A stretch of DNA of 64,000 bases from a virus (IMGVR_UViG_3300007553_000105:31773-95772), one strand, 5' to 3'. Positions 28,901 through 39,962 are shown, numbered from the stretch's first letter. The notes: a model not told the origin generated them from the sequence alone. Numbers and translations are program-made.

Positions 28901-31900
28901 TTGAATTCAATATCATTACATAATCACCAATTGCCATTGGATATGCTCTAGTATCACCAGTGTTGCTTTTTAGCGAAATTTTTGCATCATTACCGTCATC
29001 AGTTTCATTGCCTGCTTCAATTTCACCCCACATACGGAATGAATGTGTCTGCAACACGTTCCAACCAAAATATTTTGACGTAATAGTATTAGTTCTAGAT
29101 TTTATCAATCCACTATCATTAGCTAACCAAATGTTGAACAACGCATCATCTTCTGTGTTAATAAGAGTCCAATCGCTTTCGTCAAATACGTTATCTGTTA
29201 GTCCAAAGTCAGCGTAATAAACTCCCGTTGGAATCGTTGCTTGATCATTGAATTCTCTGTCTCCTAGATTGATTTCTGCGTTTGCGGATGAAATAGTTAT
29301 TCTGCCAGATATTAGTGATGCTACAACTCCTGGTATATCCTTAGCATTTATAAAGGCAACTGCTTCAGCTGCTGAACAAGACACATTAACAATGCCCGGT
29401 GTTCCAACAATTGTTGATCCTGGTAGTCCAAGTTGTGTTCTTGCTGTACCTGCAATTTCCAATGTTTCTAATGATGCCCAGCTGGTCTTTGCAAACTTCG
29501 TAATTTCAATTTCATTACTTGTAGTTTTAGTAAACAGATACCCACTTGTATTATAAAGAGCAATTTGTGAAAGAACATAGTCTATATCCATATCAACATC
29601 TACTAATATAATAGAAGTAGTTGGCAAATATACACTAGCCGTTATACCAAATTCACTGTTTCCGCTTGCATCGTTAACGGTAAAGGTATCATTGACTGTT
29701 TCTGCGCTCATAACAATATGCACTCGTGTACCAGCATCAATCGCCGTTACGCCTGCCACACTGCTATTGATAGCAAACTTTAACTGAGCTGAATCCATGG
29801 AATAAGTTGGAACAGTTCCTGCAAAGTTAACAGTTATTTCCTCGCCGCCAACAAATACTGGATCAAGGAATATTATGTTTTGCCCAACAACCATCCAGTC
29901 AGCAGGAGTGGTGTAAACAGTTGAGTCTACTGTTACTGAAGTTATATTGTTTGTTGACAAACTAGTTGTCAGTGTGTATGTTTGCTGTGCAGCGACCCCT
30001 GTTAAATTCTCAGATGATGTGCCTGTAACAGGAGTAGCAAATGTTTGTAGATCAACTATTGTTGTTGTTGAAGTCCCACTTACAAAAGTAGTAAAGCTAA
30101 GTGTCTTTCCAGTCACATCACTACTTGATGGGTTTACTTCAGTAACAGCATATGGATTGCCGTCATTTACTGCGTCTGGATCTATAATAGTCTGTTCTAC
30201 TTTTCTTTCCAGGTTTATTTCTATTTCGTCAACAATCAAGTTAGCAGGAGACAGTACTACTGGGTTAGCTGAACCAGTAACTACGATATCTGGATATGAA
30301 TATGATTGTTTATCAAACCATATCTTTACGCCGTCAATTTCAGCTGACGGAGTATCTGGATCGTCAATTTCGTTACGATGCTTAAACAGTACATCAGTAA
30401 CGATTTCACTACTAGTAAATTCTAGAGGAAGAATTTCACTTAAAAATGTAATATTTTTATTTGCACGCCACAGATCGCCTTGGCGTCTTACTACGTCTCC
30501 TAGACGATACGGGCGTCTTGAATTCCATGTATCATAGTTTGCATAAACCGCGTTTGAATCAAAAACATTTTCAAGTTCATCAACAGTTAATGCTGCATAA
30601 CGAGTGTCGCCTTCCTGTAGATTTCCTGCAACTGGCAATGAAAGCACGACTTCGTCCATTGGCTTCATTTGAAATTGTATATCTGTTTCTTTGTTTACGT
30701 AAACAATGTTATTACTTGACAGATCAATCAGTGATGGATCTTGCTTGACCATTGAACTATTAATTTCAAGTTCAGTGGCATGTTCTCTGATCGTGTCACC
30801 GTAGTGGCTGTGTTTAAACATCCATTCCTCATAAACGTCTACTGTACTACGCCCGTCGTTGACAAGATTTGTTCTGCCAATTTTTTCAACAATAGCATTT
30901 GTGCCTTTGTTTCTAATTACACCTTGATAGAATTTTGATACTACATTGGCAGGTAGGCCAAGTTTAAGTACCCAGTCACGTGTAATATTGCCTAAAGTCA
31001 GGTTTTCTGCAATAGTGTGATCTTTATTGAACTTAACAACATTGAAGTCATAGAAATCCATGACATCAGAAATTGCAGTGTCGTAGTTTTGAATAATGGT
31101 GTTGTTACTAACAAGATAGCCTGGTACTGTCTTAGTTCCGTCCCAATCTCTTGTTCTCTCCCCTGTTATTCTAAGTCTACCATGTCTTTGATTTTTTACG
31201 TCATCAAAAATTACATCACCAAATTGTGTGGCATTATTAAACAAAATACCATGTTCAAACGATACCACTGCTGATGCAACACATACAATATTTCTAGCTA
31301 TAGGGGTTGTTACTGCCCCTTGCTCTTGATATTCCTTATACTGTGTTGAAGTGGATGATTGGTAGTTGTATGTGATATAACTTTCGCTATCTTCTTGAAC
31401 AGAGATAGGGTAAAGTCTAGGATGTATTTGTATTTCAGTTGATGATCTAGTAATACATAGATCGCTGTGATCAATTGTAACTACGTTACCAACTTCATCA
31501 TATGCAAGAATTTCGTTAACACCGCCGGGCATACTTCCGTATTCCAGTACTACGCCAAATTCTGGATTGAAAATTACGCTTGTACCAATTTCTACAGTAT
31601 ACTCCGTATCTATGTCAGCAAGAACTGCCCAGTTAGCAAAATCAAGTGCTTTGGCATCTTTTGTAGTTGCAAAGGTATATCCTGCTGTTTCCAAGTACTG
31701 GTAGTATCCAATTATAAAATTATATACATCCTGTGTTCTTGCAAGTATTGATCCAAACTGTAATTTTGAAATATTATCAGTGAATGTATTATATTTTTTA
31801 ATTGTCTGGCCGTTTACTAGCGTAATAGTACTGAATGATTTTGTAGTGTCAACCGTGTAATATTTAAATTCCTGTTTTGATGGACTCACTCCTGAAATAA

Positions 31901-34900
31901 GGTATCCGCTGTCTTTCTTAGTAATGTAAATTTCAGATGCTACAATTAGATCAGACGGCGCACTCTTATTAAGAATTAAACTTCTGTCTATTTCTGTTAT
32001 GGTAAACTTGCCAGATAGTCCACTTTCTGTTTCAGCTGAAATCAGGTTTGCTTTAGTGAATCCGCCAATTGGTTGATATAGTGATGTGCTTATATTTTTA
32101 TAAGTGACTGGTATATCAACGCTGAACCCATTTCTTTTCGCATAGTTTTCTTGAAGCTGATTTATGCCACCAACCCAAAAATTATCAGGGCCCATACTTA
32201 TTTTTAGTTCTACTGTGGGATACGAGTCAGAAACAAATCCCTCAGGATATTCAAGAATATATACCGGGGTCGCAAAGTATCCGTACCCGCGATTGGTCAA
32301 GTTGACACTTACCACAGTGCCTGTTTCATCTAGTTCAAGAGTCGCCGTAGCAACAATGTCATTTGTACTTCCGATAAATTTTATAGCTGTTCCTGCTGGA
32401 ATTCCAGAGTCTGATCGTTGTATCAATATCTTTTTAATCGATAGTCCACTGTGTTGATTATGGTATTTCATATCCACATGTGATATGAGTTTGTATGAAT
32501 CATAATGCAGCATTAAATCAGAATATGCTGATCTACTGAAAGTATTTGTTTGGAAAAAATCAGTCCATGCTTTAGTTGGATTTAATTTAATAACTGCATC
32601 AAGCAGTGCAGCTTGTCCAGATGTAGAAATTCTCCAAATGTATTCATCGTTGCCCCAATCGCCGAATTCGAATCTATTCATTTTATCTTCTTCAGCTGGG
32701 GTTCCTAGTACAAGCTCTGGGGACTTTATCTCGCCAAATTCATCAACTGGGCAGAAATTATCCCAATCCCAGTAATATCTAGCATAAAACAAATCTTGTG
32801 TTACAACATCACCTGGCTTGCTTACTATACCGTACTTTAGAGCATTTATCAAACTGCTTCTTTTTGTTACGTCAATCCAGCTGTAATGGTCTTCCCACCA
32901 GTCTGGCATTGTAGTAAACCCGAGCATATGCCATGGATATTTGTCTGGACGGTGGGTGCCAAATAGAGTAGTAAATGCGCCCGCCCAGTGTCCTGGCAAC
33001 CGTGTATTTAGATGCCCTGCATGTGTTAATACAACATTACCATAGTACCAATCTTCAGGGTTATCTATGTCACGAGTGTTCTCGTCCAGTGTTCCTTTTT
33101 GTTTTTTCCAAAGATTATAATATTGAATTAGATAGTCGTCCAATACAGTTCTACCATACCAGGTTCCACGATGCTGGCTAGGAACGTATTTTGTAGGACT
33201 GTTATAACCTCTATTAAGTTGTTTTTTGTATCCTGCATATATTCTGTTTTCAATGTCAAAAATAACGGCGGCTACAGCATCAAATTTCGGACTTGAAATC
33301 TTGAATAGATCAGCATCATCTTTTATTGCATATTCACTACCGTCGTGACATATAATTTTACCTTTATATATTATTGGGCTATGCATAAACGACAATCCCA
33401 ACTTTGACATACTGGCAGGTACGCCGCTGTGTTCATCCATATTATGATGATAGATTTTAACAATAATATTTCTACCATTTGTGAATTGATTGAATGATAC
33501 GCTACTGTGTATTTTAATGCCATTACCAACGATGGTATAATCTGACAATTCTAATAATTTTACTTCTACTGGAATGTTGTCTAAGTCTCTATTGTGAGAA
33601 ACATAAACATAAACATGGTCAGATATAAATGTGTCGCTATTAAAATAGACAGTGTCATTGATTGTATAAACAGTGTCAGGGTCTTCATTATAGGTATGAT
33701 TCTTAGAATGAGACGCATGTGCATATAACATATTTGAGTTTGAATGTAGATCTATAGATTGATAGATATTGCTAACTTTTTCAATAACTTTAATAGTCAA
33801 TTGGTCTACATTTTCAAAAGATTCAGACTTATAAATGCGCTTTGTTTCATTAATAAGTCTATTTTTAAACGAATCCCATTCATTTGCTTGTTCATAGATT
33901 GCTCTTGACACATTCATTGCATCATTAGAATATGAGAAATCATTCATTATGCTGACATCTTCATGCATGAAGATTTCGCCACCATAAGACTTGATGTTTG
34001 GAATCAGCTGGTAATTATTATTACCAGAACTATTTCCTTCAAAGTTTGGCATTGATTCAATAATTGATTTCCAATGCGGAAGTGTATCACTTAGTGTGAA
34101 AGTAGACACCGGGGTGTTAACCGCATTATGAGTATGCACCTCTGGAACGTGTATATTTTCTGAGATTTCGTTGACTGAGTTACTATAATATTTCAGATCA
34201 ATAATATTTCCCGTTGCCTTAGGAAGTGAACTTTCAGGTATTGTTATACTTGTTCCATCTATAGTATATTGATCTTTTGATAAATGTTGTCCGTTAACAT
34301 AAAGTTCATGATAAAAGTGATCATCTGATTGCACTACTGCAATTATTCCGCGGTTATTAACATCAGTGGTCCCGTAGTAGAAAAAATATCCAGGACTAAC
34401 GCCGACGTTAACCCTTATATATGGTCCATCACGTACTACTGTAATAGGATGACCAATTGCTGTTTCAATATCTTCACCTGTTTCACCGCACCAGAATTTC
34501 AATTCCTGCGCTGGGGTTAAATCATGGAATACATATTCTTCTCCGTTACTTAAAATAATTTCTGGACACTGTATTCTTGCTCTATTATAAGTACCCTCGA
34601 CTAATATTTCACTTGCTGTCACTCTTTCATTTAATAGGAATATTAAATATTCTTTATTAACAGCCCAGTTTAGTTTCCCTGCTGGTAAAACAGTTTCTAC
34701 CTTATCTGCAATAACTTGTAAGTGTGTTTTTGCACCCAGTGGATATGCAGTTGGAATATAATTAGTGTATGATGATCTTCCTTTATTAAAGAAATAATAA
34801 CCGCTTACTTCTTTTTCAATATTACTATTGTCTAATAGATAATGATATTTTTCAACATTAAGATTGTTGACAAATTCATATTCTGTTTTAATTACTAAGT

Positions 34901-36479
34901 CTTTGTAGGATAATGGGAAGCCTAATTCTTTATCGTTAATTCCTGTTCCAACTTTATAAGAAAATATTTTGCTGCCAGTAAAATCACTGCCTGGTAGAGT
35001 ATCAAGCCAAACGTTATTATTTGTTTTCAATCTAAACAGTGGATGTGTATTTGCACTACGCTTGCCCTGTGCATTTTTTAGTTGTCCAGCCTCCGTGTAA
35101 TAATCAGTCTGTGAATATACTGAGTCATTAAAGTTAGTAATTGCAGTGAATGAAGAATTTGAATCTGAAAGACTGTGCAGTAATTCAAGATTACCTGACT
35201 TCTTGATTAAATAAATGTTAAAATCACCATTATATGATTCTAGATCAAATACAACAATTCTGTTGACCGGTATAGTGTTACCATTGATTTCAACGTGTGT
35301 TGGTTCTAAACCATCATAAATTACAGTAGTATATGCAAGTGTACCTGCTTCAGCTGACCCAGAATCTGGATATTGATCAATACCTAAAACATAGTCAACA
35401 TATCCTTTATAATTTGCATATGCGTCACTTGATTCAGCAACATCTGTTACTACTGCATGATGCATCTTTGTCATATAAGGATCAAATTCAATAATAGGAC
35501 GTTTTGCTTGTTTCTCGTTAGCAAGCAATTCCAAAATATTGTAGCCTGTGGTATCAATCACAGTTTCATTGTCAATATTGAAAACATATCTTACAGTGTT
35601 TTTATGAATCCAGTGGTTTGCTCTTGACCATCCAGTTGACGCAGGGTCTGATTTATCAATAACAAGATAGTCTTTGACTTCTAGTTCTTTAAATTCTCCA
35701 GATACTTTTGCTTTGTGCTTTACAATATCAGTGTATGGATTGATTGTTAATTCATATGTTTCTGATGTATCAACAACAGTGATAGTTTCTTCAATTAACT
35801 TGAACTGAATCCCTAAACCAACGCCCGTAACAAGGTAGATTTTTTCTATTATATCAGGGTGATATCTAGATCCAGAGAACCTAATACGCATACCATTCTG
35901 TAAAGATATTTCTCCATGGTTGGTTTCAATTGTTGCATTTAATCTATTTGTCAAATTTGAAACTAAATTTATATCTGAAACATCTGAATTATCAATGATG
36001 TTTACCACTGGCAAATCAGGAACCCAATAATAGCTTCCGTAGTTAACAAGTTTGTCAATATTAATTGGTGGGGCAAAAACATACGCTTGTGTACTGTATG
36101 CTGCGTTGTATGAATAACTATCAAAATTAAACTTAATGCTATTGGCAATATCATCAACTGATATTACATCCACAATTTCACCGGCGCTATTTCTTGAAAA
36201 AATAGCAGGCTCTAAATTGTTTTCACTACCAGTGTTAATATAAATGTCATTAGGATCCTGCATGTCTTTGCCAGTGGTTCCGCCAACAAAACCCTCAATT
36301 GTTTCTAATGATCCTTTAGATATCATTCTATCTAATGTTGAATCTAACCATTTTTTATTAACTGGAGTTCTAAAGACTTTGGGAATAAAATCTGAAGATT
36401 TTACTGCAACACTTGGTCTTTTTCCAGCACGTGTTTTATTTTCTGGTCTCTCTGGATTATTTGATTTAAAATCATTCAT
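25968..36479 (-). CDS. Giant baseplate wedge-like structural protein (3503 aa)
   Basis: Follows gp6; PINIDKLVNYGSYYWVP near the N-terminus and YINTVKPFHTKVR near the C-terminus; beta-rich. Confidence 0.75.
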   Translation of the reverse strand: MNDFKSNNPERPENKTRAGKRPSVAVKSSDFIPKVFRTPVNKKWLDSTLDRMISKGSLETIEGFVGGTTGKDMQDPNDIYINTGSENNLEPAIFSRNSAGEIVDVISVDDIANSIKFNFDSYSYNAAYSTQAYVFAPPINIDKLVNYGSYYWVPDLPVVNIIDNSDVSDINLVSNLTNRLNATIETNHGEISLQNGMRIRFSGSRYHPDIIEKIYLVTGVGLGIQFKLIEETITVVDTSETYELTINPYTDIVKHKAKVSGEFKELEVKDYLVIDKSDPASTGWSRANHWIHKNTVRYVFNIDNETVIDTTGYNILELLANEKQAKRPIIEFDPYMTKMHHAVVTDVAESSDAYANYKGYVDYVLGIDQYPDSGSAEAGTLAYTTVIYDGLEPTHVEINGNTIPVNRIVVFDLESYNGDFNIYLIKKSGNLELLHSLSDSNSSFTAITNFNDSVYSQTDYYTEAGQLKNAQGKRSANTHPLFRLKTNNNVWLDTLPGSDFTGSKIFSYKVGTGINDKELGFPLSYKDLVIKTEYEFVNNLNVEKYHYLLDNSNIEKEVSGYYFFNKGRSSYTNYIPTAYPLGAKTHLQVIADKVETVLPAGKLNWAVNKEYLIFLLNERVTASEILVEGTYNRARIQCPEIILSNGEEYVFHDLTPAQELKFWCGETGEDIETAIGHPITVVRDGPYIRVNVGVSPGYFFYYGTTDVNNRGIIAVVQSDDHFYHELYVNGQHLSKDQYTIDGTSITIPESSLPKATGNIIDLKYYSNSVNEISENIHVPEVHTHNAVNTPVSTFTLSDTLPHWKSIIESMPNFEGNSSGNNNYQLIPNIKSYGGEIFMHEDVSIMNDFSYSNDAMNVSRAIYEQANEWDSFKNRLINETKRIYKSESFENVDQLTIKVIEKVSNIYQSIDLHSNSNMLYAHASHSKNHTYNEDPDTVYTINDTVYFNSDTFISDHVYVYVSHNRDLDNIPVEVKLLELSDYTIVGNGIKIHSSVSFNQFTNGRNIIVKIYHHNMDEHSGVPASMSKLGLSFMHSPIIYKGKIICHDGSEYAIKDDADLFKISSPKFDAVAAVIFDIENRIYAGYKKQLNRGYNSPTKYVPSQHRGTWYGRTVLDDYLIQYYNLWKKQKGTLDENTRDIDNPEDWYYGNVVLTHAGHLNTRLPGHWAGAFTTLFGTHRPDKYPWHMLGFTTMPDWWEDHYSWIDVTKRSSLINALKYGIVSKPGDVVTQDLFYARYYWDWDNFCPVDEFGEIKSPELVLGTPAEEDKMNRFEFGDWGNDEYIWRISTSGQAALLDAVIKLNPTKAWTDFFQTNTFSRSAYSDLMLHYDSYKLISHVDMKYHNQHSGLSIKKILIQRSDSGIPAGTAIKFIGSTNDIVATATLELDETGTVVSVNLTNRGYGYFATPVYILEYPEGFVSDSYPTVELKISMGPDNFWVGGINQLQENYAKRNGFSVDIPVTYKNISTSLYQPIGGFTKANLISAETESGLSGKFTITEIDRSLILNKSAPSDLIVASEIYITKKDSGYLISGVSPSKQEFKYYTVDTTKSFSTITLVNGQTIKKYNTFTDNISKLQFGSILARTQDVYNFIIGYYQYLETAGYTFATTKDAKALDFANWAVLADIDTEYTVEIGTSVIFNPEFGVVLEYGSMPGGVNEILAYDEVGNVVTIDHSDLCITRSSTEIQIHPRLYPISVQEDSESYITYNYQSSTSTQYKEYQEQGAVTTPIARNIVCVASAVVSFEHGILFNNATQFGDVIFDDVKNQRHGRLRITGERTRDWDGTKTVPGYLVSNNTIIQNYDTAISDVMDFYDFNVVKFNKDHTIAENLTLGNITRDWVLKLGLPANVVSKFYQGVIRNKGTNAIVEKIGRTNLVNDGRSTVDVYEEWMFKHSHYGDTIREHATELEINSSMVKQDPSLIDLSSNNIVYVNKETDIQFQMKPMDEVVLSLPVAGNLQEGDTRYAALTVDELENVFDSNAVYANYDTWNSRRPYRLGDVVRRQGDLWRANKNITFLSEILPLEFTSSEIVTDVLFKHRNEIDDPDTPSAEIDGVKIWFDKQSYSYPDIVVTGSANPVVLSPANLIVDEIEINLERKVEQTIIDPDAVNDGNPYAVTEVNPSSSDVTGKTLSFTTFVSGTSTTTIVDLQTFATPVTGTSSENLTGVAAQQTYTLTTSLSTNNITSVTVDSTVYTTPADWMVVGQNIIFLDPVFVGGEEITVNFAGTVPTYSMDSAQLKFAINSSVAGVTAIDAGTRVHIVMSAETVNDTFTVNDASGNSEFGITASVYLPTTSIILVDVDMDIDYVLSQIALYNTSGYLFTKTTSNEIEITKFAKTSWASLETLEIAGTARTQLGLPGSTIVGTPGIVNVSCSAAEAVAFINAKDIPGVVASLISGRITISSANAEINLGDREFNDQATIPTGVYYADFGLTDNVFDESDWTLINTEDDALFNIWLANDSGLIKSRTNTITSKYFGWNVLQTHSFRMWGEIEAGNETDDGNDAKISLKSNTGDTRAYPMAIGDYVMILNSTTRPNIDGIHMVTNANPTDPSSFYIDRFIEKSGKCESIMILRSSRFNNYEDLISSSYMVPYYDWKPGTYAWITHDEFGAECNLVWKNSTSTTFDLVYSNFERIKDNQVESVLIYDADRSYTMGEFELFDPIRGVIPGVADREINHRSVVDLAIYNMSNDDNYTTNQRGAWGEDQVGKVWWDISKVKYYDYDQGNYEYRMNVWGKQFPGSSIDIYEWTKSSVPPDEWESEVKRSADQFGVTASGEVYRVYVSTTDEYLYYYTQEDEWNDNISAYESVYYFWVKNKTTINSENRRLTVSDIASIIADPAANGLVWFAPISATVLIMANASLFVNDTASVLQITMRPEKTSHSSWLAISEETDLIPDYWYIGLEDNLIGTQRTTGYPIPDFDIHEYNRYGDNRRITTENIIFAQAWFKDVWDARREAISIINRLLINQNLVQDFRGRWDRILSQTFYITTPATVFGSGNPEDNIADPHVGDTFVDNNTGKMYVCTSVDNSVDPSDVVWSLHPGFNMNNTWEWATYVSPNRIPDAVPSKIVGSTGELNLVDTSVHTLVRLNKPYAPNGLSQDEIYQWNANTSEWELVEKENATIQFNDLVYLKNSIYGWDNSRWEGIWDFDPGIYMGYIIKACREDLFINNFINNFNKLFFGMVRYVASTHNQVDWFYKTTYIKLDIDTALIHNNNTMIQKYKSSHIDEVADYINTVKPFHTKVRTIFDRNLAQEILPITFEEIDNVQKSVIIDFSTIDDNITINGDTYTSAFSDGPDVDEVFGGDFTATVDDVFIGQGFNEPQNWNETVGEYRNTTIGVDIIEQLSLKVITTDAGGYGATSKTYVYMLNNLGNVAAYSLVDTNKAIIAADISSSDENIIVDDAAPFKALGGFAYVNGELIQYSQNSNGVLYGVTRGVGNTLPKKHPAGTQIIDVTDLSITDSTPFSKDTFYKDAAYNSYYGYDLLSGESILDGDDTESKRLQQTGQGVLL

Positions 36480-36484
36480 CTTTA

Positions 36485-39400
36485 TTATCCTATTGCCTTA
36501 ATATTTTCTTTTGTAATTGTTTCAATAATCTCAATATCTGATATTGAAACATCTGGTATGAACATTTCATCAGTCATTGGTGTTATCTGGAATAGTGTAC
36601 CAAATACACTGTCTTCGTTTTCAGGCACAATAACAAAACTACTAATAATGCCTGAAAGTTTTTTATGTACGTATGCTGCTAGTTCTGTAAAATAGAAAGT
36701 TTCACCAAAATCCCAATATTTTGAATCAAAGAATTCATATATTGCGTTTACTGTCAAACTCTTAATATCATTATCAGTATATATAGTACCGGCGATCTTT
36801 ACAATTTTAAACACTGCTCTTAAATCATAAGTTGCTTTGTTGCCAAATAATACTTTATATTTTACTGGTCTGAATATAAGTGTATCACTAAGTGACTTCT
36901 TGGAAGTAGCAGAATAGAATTGTTGATTTAAAGTATCAAGCGTAGGCGGCAGAGGCGCAAGTGTATTGTCACTGTTACTGCTCTTAAGCCAATTTGTGAA
37001 CTCTGTGTGATATGAATTTGTCAATGTGAATACATCAATGATATTTGTAAGACTTGGATCTATTAGCTCATTAATTGTTGGAACATGTGTCCACTCAAAT
37101 CTCATATTACTTATAGATTCCTCGCCACCGGTTATATCATCAAATGCATCTGGATTATCAGGTCTACTGTCTATATCGTCATCCACCAATGTAATAAGTG
37201 CAGAATGACTGTAGAAAACTCCATTAGGATCGTATTGATATCCACTAACGTAGAACTTGTTGGTCATATTTCCATTTTCAAATACATCTATGGTATCTTT
37301 GATTTTCTTTTTAGAATAGCCGTCCAGTTTATATTCTTCAGAAGTGTTAGAGAACACGATCTGATCAGAATAAACTGCATATCTAACTTGTCTGTAAATT
37401 ACATCATATGAAAATCTAGTAGTGTCTGCTGCACTACCTGTATGCTTTACGTATATTACCCAATCGTTAGAATCAAAGAAACTAGGCTGAGTCTCGGAGT
37501 ATACAGGGGCGTTATCAACTAACCAGTTGCCTGATTCATAATCATAAGTTAATGCAAAGTCTTCTCTTTCATCAATTGCTGAAATGATATTGTTTTTTTC
37601 TGTAACTGTGAATTGTCTAGAAAATGCAGGATATATAATGTCTATTGTGGCACCATTTGGTACTTTACTATCAATAGCGATGGCACCAAGCCCCTCCACT
37701 GTAAATCCAGATGGCTCGTCTATTTGGTTATCAATTCCCAATCCATTTGCAAAAATGCTTGATATTTTAGCCCAATATACATTTGAATCTTTAGTAAATT
37801 TTACCATTGCTCCGGGCTGGATATATTTTGTGTATTTCACAGGATCATTATTTCCAGATATTTCGGCGGCGGCGTTTGTGAAATATCCAGTAACTGAATC
37901 ATTTGTATTCCAAGTGTATCCCGTAAAAACAAAACTGTCTTTTAACTCTATAAATCTTGGTTTGAATTTTTGGTAATACAAATTAACAACTTCTTTATCT
38001 GACAGCACAGGCTTGATATAATTTTCATATATACTAAAACTTGATAGCTGCTGTGCTTCTGATTTAGAATTTATGTCACCTCTATAAATGTTTCCGTCGG
38101 TCGCAAAAAGTCTAACACTAGCATATTCTCCAGTTGGATCATTAAAAGTAATGTGTCTGCTATGACCGCTGTGAGTTCTGTTGATGCTTTTGATCTTCCT
38201 AATCTGTGTGCTTTGTGAAATTAGATAATTGTTATAATCATCAGCAGTAATCATACGATCCTGTGCTGCGTAGATTCTAGGAGCATTTTGTTTAATGTCA
38301 TCTAGAGATTCAGAAATAGCTGCGTTAGTTACACCAACTTTAAGTTGTATACCTAATGTAAGTGTATATGTGTTGCCGTCAATACCAGTGTAATTTATAT
38401 TGATTCGCTTTGATCCAACGTCATCAGGTCTTAAACTGTAGCTTGCGTTTTCGCCAGTGCGGTACCAGACGCGGATAATATCTTTTGGCAAATTACCAAA
38501 AGATTCATCACTAAACATGATGCTAACTTGATTATTTTCTCTGGTTTTTACTGCGAAAATATCACGAACTATACCTGGAATATTGTTGTATACTTCATTA
38601 AATCCCCACACATTATCTACTTTTGTCCATGTTTTTAAAACAGATCCACTTTCTGAAATAGTTTGCACCCATACATCGTCTTGGTTAATATTGCTCACAT
38701 CTATATCTAATGTCATACCACTGATAGGTTTGTCAATGATAAAATCTTTAAATCCTAACGAACCCTGTTTGAATGCAATAAAGAATCCAGAAGTATTACT
38801 CATAATACCAGTGCCGTCATTCTTATACATGATATTAAATGCTTTAGCAGGATTTGGGTTGCTTTCAAATATTTGTTTTTTTACTCTATCATACTCTACG
38901 CCTATCGAATTGAATGGACGTTTAGTTCCTTGCACAACGCCGCTAAATTCAAAAACAATCTGATTTGCGGTATTGTTGAAACTGTAGAATTGTACGTTGG
39001 ATCCAAGAATAGTTGCCTCTGACCTTGGATTACCAAATTGGTTACTTTGCATGAATGCTGCGTTTATAACACTGATAAAATTATCCAAGTTACTGTAATT
39101 GTTTCCTACTTCATAACGAATTTCTTTACCAGCAAGAGTTTTACCGTCACTACCAATAATATCTTCGTTTGTTTTTACGCTGATAACTTTTAGTTCACCA
39201 CTAGCTGGCACATTGCGTCGTGGTTGATAACCTAAAAATTCTGCTAGCTTGAAAACAGCATCTTGTCTAGTTGCAGTACTTAGGAAGTTGTTACGTGAGT
39301 TTAGATCCAATCTAAAAGCTAGGTTATGTCCGAACTGAGCTACTACGTCAAGTAGTGCTACAAAGTCACTGGATTCTACCCAGTCGTTGAAACTTTCAGG

Positions 39401-39544
39401 ATAGTTGTCTCTGATGTATTCTACCATTGACTGGCGAATAGTATCAAAATCAAATGCCTTGAAGTTTGCGTTTAAGTAAGAATCATATACAGCCATATAA
39501 TCTTCTGCTGCAAATAGTCTTGTCTGTCTAACTTTTTGTGCCAT
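36485..39544 (-). CDS. gp6: Baseplate wedge subunit, T4 gp6-like
   Basis: FDFDTIRQSM..Y, ALLDVVA, NNFLSTA..R..V..LA..LGY.P, ESLDDIK.NAP..YAAQDRMITADDY. Confidence 0.85.
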   Translation of the reverse strand: MAQKVRQTRLFAAEDYMAVYDSYLNANFKAFDFDTIRQSMVEYIRDNYPESFNDWVESSDFVALLDVVAQFGHNLAFRLDLNSRNNFLSTATRQDAVFKLAEFLGYQPRRNVPASGELKVISVKTNEDIIGSDGKTLAGKEIRYEVGNNYSNLDNFISVINAAFMQSNQFGNPRSEATILGSNVQFYSFNNTANQIVFEFSGVVQGTKRPFNSIGVEYDRVKKQIFESNPNPAKAFNIMYKNDGTGIMSNTSGFFIAFKQGSLGFKDFIIDKPISGMTLDIDVSNINQDDVWVQTISESGSVLKTWTKVDNVWGFNEVYNNIPGIVRDIFAVKTRENNQVSIMFSDESFGNLPKDIIRVWYRTGENASYSLRPDDVGSKRININYTGIDGNTYTLTLGIQLKVGVTNAAISESLDDIKQNAPRIYAAQDRMITADDYNNYLISQSTQIRKIKSINRTHSGHSRHITFNDPTGEYASVRLFATDGNIYRGDINSKSEAQQLSSFSIYENYIKPVLSDKEVVNLYYQKFKPRFIELKDSFVFTGYTWNTNDSVTGYFTNAAAEISGNNDPVKYTKYIQPGAMVKFTKDSNVYWAKISSIFANGLGIDNQIDEPSGFTVEGLGAIAIDSKVPNGATIDIIYPAFSRQFTVTEKNNIISAIDEREDFALTYDYESGNWLVDNAPVYSETQPSFFDSNDWVIYVKHTGSAADTTRFSYDVIYRQVRYAVYSDQIVFSNTSEEYKLDGYSKKKIKDTIDVFENGNMTNKFYVSGYQYDPNGVFYSHSALITLVDDDIDSRPDNPDAFDDITGGEESISNMRFEWTHVPTINELIDPSLTNIIDVFTLTNSYHTEFTNWLKSSNSDNTLAPLPPTLDTLNQQFYSATSKKSLSDTLIFRPVKYKVLFGNKATYDLRAVFKIVKIAGTIYTDNDIKSLTVNAIYEFFDSKYWDFGETFYFTELAAYVHKKLSGIISSFVIVPENEDSVFGTLFQITPMTDEMFIPDVSISDIEIIETITKENIKAIG

Positions 39545-39548
39545 TATG

Positions 39549-39929
39549 TTATTCCACTAATGTTGCTGATTCGCGGTCGAATTTAAGAGCAAGCACGGCG
39601 GTTTGGCCTAACGGAATATATTCTAATTCAACGTTAACTGTAATAGTGTGTGCATCTTCTACTATGTCAAGCTCTTGACTTAGCAAGTTCCACCTAGGAT
39701 CATAGGAAACAACTCGTTCAACATCTTGTTGAATAAGTGAGGTTGTTGCGTCATCGATTGGCTGGAAAAGGTAGTATGGAATATAACTTCCAAAATCAGG
39801 TAGCGTCCACTTTTCTCCAGGTGTGATAGAGAAATGATTTCGTAGATCTGACAATGCCAGATCTATGTCTGTTAATGTTACACTTGTACAAGTGGTTCCT
39901 GTGTTTGATATGCCTATAATTTCCGCCAT
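39549..39929 (-). CDS. gp25: Baseplate wedge subunit, gp25-like
   Basis: LTDIDL...DLRNHF...PGEK...PDFGS...LFQP...YDPR. Start reassigned to MAEIIG (39929). Confidence 0.85.
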   Translation of the reverse strand: MAEIIGISNTGTTCTSVTLTDIDLALSDLRNHFSITPGEKWTLPDFGSYIPYYLFQPIDDATTSLIQQDVERVVSYDPRWNLLSQELDIVEDAHTITVNVELEYIPLGQTAVLALKFDRESATLVE

Positions 39930-39934
39930 AATAA

Positions 39935-39941
39935 TATTTAT
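39935..39941 (-). promoter_or_regulatory. Late promoter ATAAATA, 5 nt before the gp25 ATG
   Basis: Minus strand CATAAATA-TTATT-ATG. Confidence 0.6.
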
Positions 39942-39962
39942 GCGGAAATTAACTGCTAAGAT

